In this document: in pieces, positions 46,200 through 63,042 of the stretch | Layout: each line of letters starts with the position of its first letter | Numbering within the stretch: the first letter of the stretch is position 1 | Source of the DNA: the human T2T-CHM13v2.0 reference genome, Homo sapiens | Length of the DNA: 64,000 nt | Direction: 5' to 3' (one strand) | Assembly (NCBI RefSeq): GCF_009914755.1 | Contig: NC_060936.1 | Notes under the pieces: model-generated | Seen by the model: the letters and a program-made list of their open reading frames with translations, nothing else | Databases searched by the model: none | Told to the model about the DNA's origin: nothing | Position numbers and translations under genes: made by a program

Positions 46200-47060
46200 C
46201 TGGTCAGTGTCTCAGCCAGCCTCCCTTTCAATTATCAGATGTCATGAACATCCAGCAGTGTTAAGGAGGTATAGTGCATATTGACTGCAACGTGAAATTG
46301 CACATCTTGCCTATGATGCAAGATTTCATGAAACTAATGACAATGATGCCAGAGAACTGCTCAAATCTCATGCAAAGCCATTAACAACTGAACAGCTGGC
46401 AGAGTCAGGCAATTAAAGAGGAGAAAAATCCACAAAGCTGACCCTACAATGGGTGCTGCAAAGGGGAATGAAGAGAATAACAAAGGATGAAAAGAGACTC
46501 TTGGGAAAATTGATGAAGCGCCTTCTTAATGAACTTGTTATAAAAGTCAATAGGAGGTGATGCAGCTCTACAATATGTTAGAATAGAATTTGCTTAGAAA
46601 AATTATGTTCTGGCTGGGCACAGTGGCTCATACCTGTAATCCCAGCACTTTGGGAGGCCGAGGTGGGCAGATCACGAGGTCAGGAGTTTGAGACTAGCCT
46701 GGCCAACATGGTGAAACCTCATTTCTACTAAAAATAAAAAAATTAGCCAGGTGTGGTGGTGGGTGCCTGTAATCCCAGCTACTTGGGAGGCCGAGGCAGG
46801 AGAATTGCTTGAGAATCAGAAGGTGGAGGTTGCAGTAAGCCGAGATCACACCACTGCTCTCCAGCCTGGGCAAGAAGAGTGAAACTCTATCTCAAAAAAA
46901 AAAAAAAAAAAAGTTCTGTCCCAAATAAATCAATGATACATTCTTGGTCTTCAGAATTAGAGCATGGAATCATAGCAACTTCATTATAACTTAAATTTTT
47001 TTTAATATGAGATCTAAACACGTTTTCATAAGTATAAAATTGCTTTTCAAGATAAAGTCA
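46200..47060 (+). mobile_element. Ancient Tigger-type transposase relic, interrupted by an Alu
   Basis: 46294-46413 translates EIAHLAYDARFHETNDNDARELLKSHAKPLTTEQLAE, like the Tigger C-terminal GF.E....DV.ELL.SH...LT.EEL motif; boundaries uncertain. Confidence 0.55.
46612..46912 (+). mobile_element. AluSg-like
   Basis: gatcacgaggtcaggagtttgagac; A-tail. Confidence 0.93.
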
Positions 47061-47354
47061 TAATCAGACCTTTCTTTTTACTATTTTAATCACGTAGGAT
47101 TTTATTTAGCTACAAGTAGCATAAGCCAAAGTACAGTGGCTTAAATTCAAAAAATAAAACAAAACATGAAATTGAGGGAAGGTGGTTTCTGGCTCTGGTG
47201 CATTGGCTCAGTAATTCCAGAATAATACCTCTACAATTCTCTTCTATCTTCCCTTAAAATTGCAAGATGGATGTTGCTGTTCCAGCCTTCACAGTTGAAT
47301 CAAATTCAAGAAGACAATGGAGAGAAGGTTGTGCCAGTCTTGTCTGCCTTTTTT

Positions 47355-47595
47355 ATTTTTAAATTTTTAAACCAATTTTTAAATTTTAATTGACAAATTA
47401 AAGTTGTATGTATTTATGATGTACAACATGATGTCTCAATAGATGTATACCTTGTGAAATTACTAAATCAAACTATTTAACATATGGATTACTTCATATA
47501 CTCCTTTTTATGGTGAGAACACTTAAAATCTACTCCATTAGCAAGTTTCAAATATACACTGTATTATTATTAATTACAGCCATCATGATGTACAA
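47355..47595 (-). mobile_element. L1MA 3' terminal fragment inside a MaLR LTR (~47085-47800)
   Basis: tttaattgacaaatt...ggtgagaacacttaaaatctac. Confidence 0.75.
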
Positions 47596-47984
47596 AGTCT
47601 GACTCTTGTTTTCAATTGGAAAATCAAAGTATTTTCCCAAAGTCTCCTTTGCAGATATCTGCAAAGGCCTTATTCCATAGGCCATCATTCACCCTAGCTG
47701 CAACGGAGTCTGGCAATTGAGTGTTTGACTTTCTAGCCTTCAAACTGTGGAAGGTGGCAAGGGATAAATAAAGGAATTGTGAATAACCAAGGTGTACCAC
47801 AATGTTTCAAGTGGCCTTTAAACTAATTTGGGTATTAATTTTCTACGATAAAGCTCATTCGTATCTGGAAATTCATTTTTAAGGCCCAAGAAGCTCCCAA
47901 TGATCGGACCTTGGCACATCTTTAGCAGAACCTGAAACTGAAATAGAAATTGCTTTGGGCAATGTTGACTTGACAAGTGTCTGG

Positions 47985-47988
<4 letters not shown>

Positions 47989-48026
<38 letters not shown>
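47989..48026. repeat. (TG)19 microsatellite
   Basis: Direct read. Confidence 0.98.
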
Positions 48027-48028
<2 letters not shown>

Positions 48029-48424
48029 TCTGGCTTTTAGCAACAGCAACAAAATACTGCAATGGGCAAGTGGTCTACTTTCTATGTGTAGTATCTTGTT
48101 AGATTCTTGTAATCACCCCCATGAGGTACATAAAGGAGACATTGTTACAATTCAGAATTAGAGCATGGAATCATAGCAACTTTTATAACTTAAATTTGTT
48201 TAATATGAGATCTGTAACTGTAGATCTTGCCTACCATGAGAGATTTCATGAAGCTTATGACAATGATGCCAGATTCTTCATAGATGAGGAAACTGAAGCT
48301 TGGTGGGATTAAGTTACTTGTCTAAGGTAACCCAGCTGGAAGTTGGTGAAGTTGATCTATGAATCCTGGTTTATCTGACTCCAGATTTCTTGACTATGGA
48401 AACTTTAAGAAAAATATAACATCT

Positions 48425-48702
48425 AGCTGGGTGTGGTGGCTCCTGCCTGTCCAGCACTTTGGGAGGCCAAGGAGGGAGAATTGCTTGAGCCCAGGAGTTG
48501 GAGACCAGCTAGGCAACATAGCATGATCTTGTATCTACTAAAAAATATTTAGCTGGGCATGGTGGTGCATGTCTGTAGCCCCAGTTTCCTGGGAAGCTGA
48601 GGTGGGAGGGTCACTTGAGCCCAGGAAATTGAAGCTGCAGTGAGCTATATTGTGCCACTGCACTCCAGTTTGGATGACAGATTGAGACCCTGTCTTAAAA
48701 AA
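48425..48702 (+). mobile_element. AluJ
   Basis: ttgcttgagcccaggagtt, aggcaacatagc, cacttgagcccagga. Confidence 0.9.
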
Positions 48703-50109
48703 CATCCAACATCCCATAGTACTATCCATTTATTTTACATATAACAAATAAAGTTGAACCCTAACCATGTTGCAGGCATTTTTCCTGCTCTTGGGAAACC
48801 CTGGTGATCAAGACAGACCCTGTCCCTGCCCTCACAGAGCCACCTGTCCATCTTACAGACCACTTCTTCAATTACACTTTGGGGAAAATTGTGATTCTAA
48901 GTTGGGTTCAACCAGTGAACCTCCTTGGAAGGAGGTATTCCAAGGGCAGCCAGTGAATAGACCCTAGTACTGGCATTGAATGGTGGCCTGGACACAACCT
49001 GAAGTCTTACTATTGGCTTTCCAGGTATAAAAAGGCACATTCTCTTCCCTTCCTGTCCCACACAGAAGGAAAGAGAGGTGTGCTAACACAGGCAGAATGT
49101 TCTAGGAGGAAGTGCAATGGGTGGGGGTGGGGTGAGGTGGGGTGGTAGTTGACCAGATGGTCTGGTGATACCTGCGTCCCACAGGCTTAGAGCCTATTAG
49201 GGCAGATGTCCCAAGATCCTCAGCTCTCCTTGAGGGACTGGCTCTTCTCCCCCCTCTACTCATCCCTCTGACTTGTCCCTGCTGCTTTCCTTTTCTCGTC
49301 CTGTTAGTTTGAGTTCCTTGCTTTCCCTGACGACAGCTGGCCTCTCTGTTTCCAATCCATTGCTAGAGTGAGCAACTGGCCATACAATTTTAGATGCTAG
49401 TAAATATTACTGTCACTATCACTGTCACATTAATTTAGGCTTGTGAATTGAGGGGTCAGGATTGGGCTAATGAGTGGGACTACCAGGCTTACTTATTACC
49501 ACCAATGCCGTCACCCCTCCTACCACCACCATCACAACTGCCACCACTAGCTACTTAATGAAAAGCCATCCCTTTGGGCCCTTCAGGGACTTTTCATTCT
49601 GCTTATTCATTTCACTATCTACTTCCTAAGGTGCAGAAGGTATACTCAGGAGGAACATTAAATTTTAAAGAGCTGTGGCTGAAAGGGGCATCCTGAGACC
49701 CCCAAGGCAAATTCTAATCTGGATGGTGAAACATGCTACTCTCTACTCTACCCTTAAGATTTCACATCTCATCACTATCATATGGTCAGTATAATTCCTA
49801 TTAATAGTGTAATAAATTGGTAAACTTAAAAACTATTTCTCTCAATGTTGAGAGAAGTTGCTACATTTCCAGCTCTTTTATTTTTATTTTTATGTATTTA
49901 TTTTTATTATACTTTAAGTTCTAGGATACATGTGCACAAAATGCAGGTTTGTTACACAGGTATACATGTATCATGTTGGTTTGCTGCACCCATTAACTTG
50001 TCATTTACATTAGGTATTTCTCCTAATGCTATCCCTCCCCCAGGCCCCCACTCCATGACAGGCCCCGGTGTGTGATGTTCCCCGCCCTGTGTCCAAGTGT
50101 TCTCATTGT

Positions 50110-53930
<3,821 letters not shown>

Positions 53931-53993
53931 TATGATGTTAGCTGGCTATATTGCTCGTTAGTTGATGCGGTTTCTTCCTAGCATCGATGGTCT

Positions 53994-55018
53994 TTACAAT
54001 TTGGCATTTTTTTGCAGTGGCTAGTATCAGTTGTTCCTTTCCATGTTTAGTGCTTCCTTCAGGAGCTCTTGTAAGGCAGGCCTGGTGGTGACGAAAATCT
54101 CTCAGCATTTGCTTGTCTGTAAAGGATTTTATTTCTCCTTCACTTATGAAGCTTAATTTGGCTGGATATGAAATTCTGGGTTGAAAATTCTTTTCTTTAA
54201 GAATGTTGAATATTGGCCCCCACTCTCTTCTGGCTGGTAAACTTTCTGCTGAGAGATCCACTGTTTGTCTGATGGGCTTCCCTTTGTGGGTAACCCGACC
54301 TTTCTGTCTGGCTGCCCTTAACATTTTTTCCTCATTTCAACCTTGGTGAATCTGACAGTTATGTGTCTTTGGGTTGTTCTTCTCGAGGAGTATCTTTGCC
54401 GAGTTCTCTGTATTTCCTGAATTCGAATGTTGGCCTGTCTTGCTAGGTTGGGGAAGTTCTCCTGGATAATATCCTAAAGAGTGTTTTCCAACTTGGTTCG
54501 ATTCTCCCCATCACTTTCAGGTACACCAATCAAATGCAGATTTGGTCTTTTCACATAGTCCCATATTTCTTGGAGGCTTTGTTCATTTCTTTTTACTCTT
54601 TTTTCTCTAAACTTCTCTTCTCACTTTATTTCATTAATTTGGTCTTCAATCACTGATACCCTTTCTTCCACTTGATCAAATTGGCTACTGAAGCTTGTGC
54701 ATGCATAACGTAGTTCTCGTGCCATGGTTTTCAGCTCCTTCAGGTCATTTAAGGTCTTCTCTACGCTGTTTTTTCTAGTTAGCCATTCATCTAATCTTTT
54801 TTCAAGGTTTTTAGCTTTCTTGCAATGGGTTCAAGCATCCTCCTTTAGCTCGGAAAATTTTGTTTTACCAACCTTCTGAAGCCTACTTCTGTCAACTTGT
54901 CAAAGTCATTCTCCTTCCAGCTTTGTTCCATTGCTGGTGAGGAGCTGTGTTCCTTTGGAGGAGAATAGGTACTCTGGTTTTTAGAATTTTCAGCTTTTCT
55001 GCTCTGGTTTCTCCCCAT
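53994..55018 (-). pseudogene. Disrupted L1 ORF1
   Basis: RAARQKGRVTHKGKPIR...ARREWGPIFNILKEKNFQPRISYPAKLSF; frameshifted. Confidence 0.92.
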
Positions 55019-56030
55019 CTTTGTGGTTTTATCTACCTTTAGTCTTTGATGTTCATGACCTACAGATGGGGTTTTGCTGTGGATGTCCTTTTTGTTGATG
55101 TTGATGCTATTCCTTTCTGTTTGTTAGTTTTCCTTCTAAGAGTCAGGTCCCTCAGCTGCAGGTCTGTTGGATTTTGCTGTAGGTCCACTCCAGACCCTGT
55201 TTGCCTGGGTATCACCAGCGGAGGCTGCAGAACAGCAAATATTGCAGAACAGCAAATATTGCTGCCTGATACTTCCTCTGGAAGCTTCGTCCCAGAGGGG
55301 CATCCTCCTGTATGAGGTGTCAGTTGGCCCCTACTGGGAGGTGTCTCCCAGTTAGGCTACAAGTGGGTCAGGGACCCACTTGAGGAGGCAGTCTGTCCAT
55401 TCTCAGAGCTCAAATGCCATGCTGGGAGAACCACTGCTCTCTTCAGAGCTGTCAGACAGGGACGTTTAAGTCTGCAGAAGTTTCTGCTGCCTTTTGTTCA
55501 GCTATGCCCTGCCCCCAGAGGTGGAGTCAACAGAGGCAGCAGGCCTTGCTGGCTGTGGTGGGCTCCGCCCAGTTTGAGCTTCCCTGGCTGCTTTGTTTAC
55601 CTACTCAAGCCTCAGCAATGGCAGACGCCCCTCCCCCTGCCAGGCTGCTGCCTCGCAGGTCAATCTCACACTGCGGTGCTAGCAGTGAGCAAGGTGCCAT
55701 GGGCATGGGACCTGCCAAGCCATGCGCGGGATATAATCTCCTGGTGTGCCATTTGCTAAGATCATTGGAAAGGTGCAGTATTTAGGCAGGAGTGTCCTGT
55801 TTTTCCAGGTACAGTCTGTCATGGTTTCCCTTGGCTAGGAAAGGGAAATCCCCCAACCCCTCATGCTTCCCAGGTGAGCTGATGCCCCACCCTGCTTCAG
55901 CTCGCCTTCCGTGGGCTGCACTGTCTAACCAATCTCAGTGAGATGAACCGGGTACCTCAGTTGGAAATGCAGAAATCACTCGTCTTCTGCGTCAATCATG
56001 CTGGGAGCTGCAGACCAGAGCTGTTCCTAA

Positions 56031-56375
<345 letters not shown>

Positions 56376-56858
56376 TGAATATGCAAAGCAAGTTAGTATT
56401 CATTGTTCCACAGGAGAAATACAGCATGTATATTTTTGGATAGATAAAGATTTTTTCTCCCTAAATTCCTTATTCTGTGGACCTTGATGACTTATGGGGA
56501 GGAGCTGGATACATTTGTAAAGGAATCTCAGAGATTCTTGGGAGAAAAGAGATTGAGGTCTTAACCCCTGCCTTTTAAAATTTAATGTTAAATTAAACCT
56601 CGACTAATGTCAGGGAACTCTGAGGGCAAATTCATTATGAAAGAAGGATGGAAGAAACTGTGATGATGGCTTGGGTTCAACATCAAGGCCTGGGTCTCCT
56701 TAGGAAATGTCATGGTGTATGGACAATGCTGAAGTGCCTTCTGACCTGACTGTCTTGGCACCATGGGTGTGCTGTATGTCTTACTGTTGTGTATTTTGTT
56801 TGTGTATGTTATCAATTTTGTGATGAATATCCTTCAACTTGTATCTATTTATGTATTA

Positions 56859-57253
<395 letters not shown>

Positions 57254-58778
57254 TCACTCATCCTACACATCTAGCCGGGTTATGTTTAAATCTTTTCACT
57301 CTGGGACCAAGGCTGGTGGGACTGCCACCATTTCAAACATGGCTAGTCACTACAGAAGAAGCAAAGAGTTCTATAGATGTTACATAGGCAATTCGATGCC
57401 CAGGCTTGGAAGTAGTACTCATCATTCCCTCTTACAACTCATAGGGCAGAACCAGTGACATGGACATCTAGGGGTCGTGAAGTTCAATTCCACCACATGC
57501 CTGGCAGATGGAAAGCTGGAGCTATTTGGTGAACAGTATTCATGACTATTTCAAAGGGTGTGAACATTTCAAAGGCTTCTAATACATATTGCCAGATTAT
57601 GTCCCAGAATGGTTGTGCCAGTTTATACTCTTACCCATTAAACTGTCCAGTACTTGTTTTAATAATGACATCATCCTCCATTGCATAGATGTACCATAAA
57701 TTATTTAATCAGTCCCCTGCCAACGAGCATCTCTATTTTCTTCTATTACAGTGATGTGGTGAATATTACTGGACACACATATTTTTGTCCCCTTGTTTCT
57801 TTAGGATAAATTCATAGAGATTACGTTGCTGAATAAAAGTATATGAATACTCTTAAGGCTTTTGATACACACTATCAATGCTACCCTCTCAAAAATGTAC
57901 CTTTTTATACTCCTGTGGTCAGAATAGAAGAGTGCCTGTTTCATTGGTTTGGAAGAGTGATAGTAATGGCTGCAAGCATCTTCTAAATTCCTTGATTCCA
58001 ATCTCCAACTCTGGGTGATCCTGACCTTGGGTAGTCAGCGCTTGAGTTCAGAAACATGGATTTGCATCAGGTGAGGAGTAAAAGAGAGAGAGAGTTTTTC
58101 TGCAAGGGCTATTTCCAGGCTGGGCAGGCACTGAGTGCTCTAAGTTGCTTTTGTCTTCACTTAGAATGTGTCTGCCTGTTAGGTTTACCTTGAAACTTTG
58201 TCTTAAAATCAGCCAAGTTAATAGATGAGGCTTGCCAGATGATAGAAAAACGAATGGGGCACTTGTTCGACACACTACATCAGCAGACTGCTCAGTTTTC
58301 TCTCTGACAATGGCCAGGTCAGCCCCACCCTCCTGATTACAGTGTAAGCAGAGAGGGCAACTGGCAGATTGAAGCCATTAGTGGAATGACTGGGGAAAGG
58401 ACAGATAAAGGAGAGAATGAGAACAAGGACTTGTGGATGCGTTTGCTGACAGTGGATTTATAACTTTGGGGAGAGTTAAAGAGCTACATACATTGAGAGG
58501 GACCAGAGTTTTGCTGCTTAAGACAATAGTGCAAATACAGTATATGGGGATAAGGGAGGCTCACCTTAAAGGGGGGCACTGCTTCAAAGATTCATAGACA
58601 CTTGGGAGAGGATGAATTCTCAGATTAGGATGCCCCTATTTGTTTCTCTTTCATGTTCGTTGTGTTTCCACAATAATGAAATGAAACGACAAGGGCAGAG
58701 TGGAGAATGGCATGCCTCACCATCCAGATGAGAATTTGCCTTGAGGTCTCAGGATGCCCCTTTTGGCAACAACTCTTT

Positions 58779-59146
58779 TGTTTTTTTATACTTTAAGTTT
58801 TCGGGTACATGTGCACAACGTGCAGGTTTGTTACATATGTATACATGTGCCATGGTGGTGTGCTGCACCCATTAACTCTTCATTTAACATTAGGTATATC
58901 TCCTAATGCTATCCCTCCCCCTCCCCCCACCCCACAACAGGCCCTGGTGTGTGATGTTCCCCTTCCTGTGTCCATGTGTTCTCATTGTTCAATTCCCACC
59001 TATGAGTGAGAACATGCAGTGTTTGGTTTTTTGTCCTTGTGATAGTTTGCTGAGAATGATGGTTTCCAGCTTCATCCATGTCCCTACAAAGGACATGAAC
59101 TCATCATTTTTTATGGCTGCATAGTATTCCATGGTGTATATGTGCC
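58779..59146 (-). mobile_element. 5'-truncated L1PA (PA4/5-like), ~370 bp
   Basis: L1 3'UTR plus ORF2 tail; TSD caacaactcttt at 58767-58778 and 59146-59157. Confidence 0.95.
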
Positions 59147-59414
59147 AACAACTCTTTAAAATTTAATGGTCCTACTGAGTACACCTTCTGCACCCCAGGA
59201 AGTAGTGAGTGAAGAGAATAAGCAGAATGAAAAGTCTCTGAAGGGCCCAAAGATAATGTTTACTAAAGAGAAAAGAAGAGAAAGCATAGACAATTTTAAG
59301 TAGAGGTTAGAGCACTCACCCTAAACTTTGGCATAGTCATGCATGTGCTTACATGCATGTATAAATATGCACATGCATGTACACACGTATGTGCTTTGTA
59401 CCACTCTCTAGCTC

Positions 59415-60090
59415 TGTATTAATCAGAATATTTTAGCTACATAGAATAAACTGAACTCAAAGTGACTTAAATAATAAGGACATTTATTATCAGTAGGGAG
59501 ACCGTATAACTTATCCAAACCAGCACATTTTTTTTTTAGGACAAATACTGTATCAGACCATATGCTGGCACAAATGTAAACTGGGGGAGTTCCAGGAAAT
59601 CCAGGATGTATAATTATCATAATTATCCTATATATCAAGACATTTCTTGGCAGGGCAGCTCCAGGGTTAGTTCTGGGGCTCAAAGCCATTGGGACTCTCA
59701 AAGTCCCAGTGGCTAGCCTTTGTCCTTATACTTTTTGCTTCAGGCTCAGAGATGGCTGCAACAGCTCCAAGCATCAAGACATCAGTCTTATCCAAAGGCA
59801 TTGACTTTGTAAGAGGAAGGAATGCATTTCCCAGAAGCTTCCAGAAGATTTCCCATCACATTCACTGGTTAGAATCATGTCACACATCCATGCTTCAATC
59901 ATTACTGACAATGGAATTACTGTGAATTGGTTTTGACCAGTCAAGGCTCACTCCTCCCCTTTGGGTTGAAAGGGGTACAGGCTCACTTCAAACATTTAGC
60001 TGTTGGGAGAGTGAATAAAATTAAGGTTCTGTTGAAGAGAAGGAAGGGGTGGGTGAATGGATGTTGGGTATACATCCCAGAAGGCCCACC
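59415..60090 (-). mobile_element. MaLR LTR (MLT1K-like) with MER94-like hAT insert at ~59493-59630
   Basis: tgtattaatcag start, agatggctgcaacagctccaagcatc; insert begins tagggagacc. Confidence 0.6.
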
Positions 60091-60446
60091 CCACTACCCA
60101 ATCACTTTGGCCAGATCTCCCATCTGAGATCTGTAAAGAGGCAGAGTCAGGAGACAGCTATAGATAATCAATGGAATGTATAGACGTGTTTGCAAATAAC
60201 CAAGGTCTAACAATATCTGCATATATAATGATTTAATGTTAAAAAGATCTTTGTATCTTTTATCTGTATAGATCCCCACAACAACTCTGTGAGATTAGCA
60301 GTATAGGTATTAGGGTCCCCAATTCTCAGCAGCAGCTAAGATTTGGAGACTGAGATACCAATGGCTGTATCCAGTGGTGGGGAAACATGGGGAGCTCTGA
60401 GTGGTTCAGTCACTTGCTACTGGTTTCAGAGCTACTAAATATCTAA

Positions 60447-60774
<328 letters not shown>

Positions 60775-61042
60775 AGGAGCTCAGTTCTATCTGACTTCAA
60801 ATTCCATTATCATGCTATGCTATGCTGATCTAAAAAGCCAAAACATTTTTTTCTGTTGGCATGGTGGATGGGTATGAGAAATAAAGAACAAACAACAAAC
60901 ATTATTCATAACTGAGTTGGGAAGGTGAGTTTGGTTGGGGTTGTAAACCATACCTGGAACCCTGTATTTTTCTCTGCCATGTAGGACAGGATATTGGAAT
61001 ATAAGTGCCAGAGAATGATATTACTAAAGACACCTTGAACCT

Positions 61043-61340
61043 GTTTTTTTAATTAATTTATTTATTTATTTATTTATTTTTGAGACAGAGTCTTGTTCTG
61101 TCGCCCAGGCTGGAGAGCAGTGGCGCGATCTTGGCTCACTGCAGCCTCCCTCCCGGTTCAAGTGATTATCCTGCCTCAGCCTCCTGGGTAGCTGGGATTA
61201 CAGGCACACGCCACCATGCCTGGTTAATTCTTGTATTTTTAGTAGAGATGAGGTTTCACTATGTTGGCCAGGCTGGTCTCGAACTCCTGGCCTCAGGTGA
61301 TCCTTCTGCCTTGGCCTCCCAAAGTGCTAGGATTACAGGC
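61043..61340 (-). mobile_element. AluSx-like
   Basis: (ttta)n tail plus antisense Alu; TSD tgaa(c/t)ct(g/a)tttt. Confidence 0.93.
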
Positions 61341-61769
61341 ATGAGCCACGGTGCCCGGCTGAATCTATTTTAATTTATATTTTTTTAAAGAATGGAAGAA
61401 AGGTATAGAAGGAAGGGAGAAAACTGTCAGACTTTGTTATTTTTCAATTTGTTGTGATTACTTTTTAACACAGGGTGGTTACTTTTCCCACTTCTCATAA
61501 CCAATTTCCATACATAAGAGGGTGCCAACCTAGCTTGTTGAGAACTGGTGTACTACAAGTCATCCGTGAGGGGTGGACGGAAGGGGGCGGGGAAGAAGCG
61601 GAGAAAACCTCCATTTTTTCAAAAATACCCCATCTTGTGTGTGTGGGACCCACGGTCAACTGCCACACACCATTTCTCTTCCCCTCCTTTCATGCTTCAC
61701 CTCCTCCCCATTTCTCCTCTTCCAATTAAGCCTACTTGGGACCCATCTCTAACAAGGAGCTGTGTGTGA

Positions 61770-62045
61770 GTGCTTCCTAATGATTTCATTTTCAACATGT
61801 CATGAGTCAGGAAGCAGCTGGGAGTGGAGCGGCTCAGATATGAGCAGCCCTGGCTAATTAGGTTTCCAGCTTCCTTCTTCCTCTATCCACCCCCTGCCGG
61901 CCTGCCGCCCTGTCACGCCCTCTGTTGGATTGCATTCTGCTGGCTGTCTTGGTTAATTTGAAGATCTCATGCAGAACTACACCATCTTCTACATTTATTA
62001 AAGGTTTCTCTGCTGGGGCTGATAATGCCAGAAATAATTAGCGAG
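61770..62045. promoter_or_regulatory. Candidate enhancer (AP-1/ETS/E-box/homeodomain motif cluster)
   Basis: TGAGTCA 61803-09, GGAAG 61810-14, CAGCTG 61815-20, TAATTA 61855 and 62035 in non-repeat sequence; motif evidence only. Confidence 0.4.
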
Positions 62046-62490
62046 TTCTTCCTCCCCTGGGGTATCTCCTCAATGGGTGACCTCATAGTGATCAGGGAGG
62101 GTGGACTGCACCAAAGGGTCATTTGTCAACTTGTGGGGGCACTTTTGGCTGACAAAATGACTGGAGGAGGGGTGTTATTATTTAGTTGAGAAGGCCAAAA
62201 ACGACAAGCTTCTTGCAAAGTCTGTCCTGCACAACAAAGGATTGTTGTTCTCCGTATGCCACTGGAGATTCATTGAATACCATTGCAAAGTATGGAAAGC
62301 AGGGGGATAACTGCTCCCTTTTAAAAGGCAGGGATGTGGGAGAAAAGGGGTTCTTCTTCTTATCTAGTCAGGGAGGTGGGAGAAAAGGGGTTCTGCTCTG
62401 TCTTTGAAAGTAAAATATTTGGGGCACTTCTGGGACATTCTGTTTCTGTTTTACCTCTCAGTCTCCAGTCTCCAGGACCGAGCACATCAC

Positions 62491-63042
62491 AGATGCTCAG
62501 TTATCCAGAGTTAATGTGAGTTGTTCATGCCCTTGATGTGCCTATAGATGCCAGTCACACTGTAGATGCTCAGTTATCCAGAGTTAATGTGAGTTGTTCA
62601 TGCCCTTGATGTGCCTGTAGATGCCAGTCACACTGTAGATGCTCAGTTATCCAGAGTTAATGTGAGTTGTTCATGCCCTTGATGTGCCTGTAGATGCCAG
62701 TCACACTGTAGATGCTCAGTTATCCAGAGTTAATGTGAGTTGTTCATGCCCTTGATGTGCCTGTAGATGCCAGTCACACTGTAGATGCTCAGTTATCCAG
62801 AGTTAATGTGAGTTGTTCATGCCCTTGATGTGCCTGTAGATGCCAGTCACACTGTAGATGCTCAGTTATCCAGAGTTAATGTGAGTTGTTCATGCCCTTG
62901 ATGTGCCTGTAGATGCCAGTCACATTGTAGATGCTCAGTTATCCAGAGTTAATGTGAGTTGTTCATGCCCTTGATGTGCCTGTAGATGCCAGTCACATGG
63001 TAGATGCTCAGTTATCCAGTGTTGATGTGAGTTGTTCATGCC
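62491..63042. repeat. Minisatellite/VNTR, ~7.6 copies of a 73-bp unit
   Basis: Unit starts at 62491, 62564, 62637, 62710, 62783, 62856, 62929, 63002; internal copies near-identical. Confidence 0.99.

Noticed and set aside
55227-55260. 17-bp tandem duplication in L1 5'UTR as a private mutation
   Set aside because: As recalled, this is a consensus feature of L1PA5/6-age 5'UTRs
62491-63042. CRISPR-like array
   Set aside because: Units are head-to-tail identical with no unique spacers; no cas genes; primate DNA
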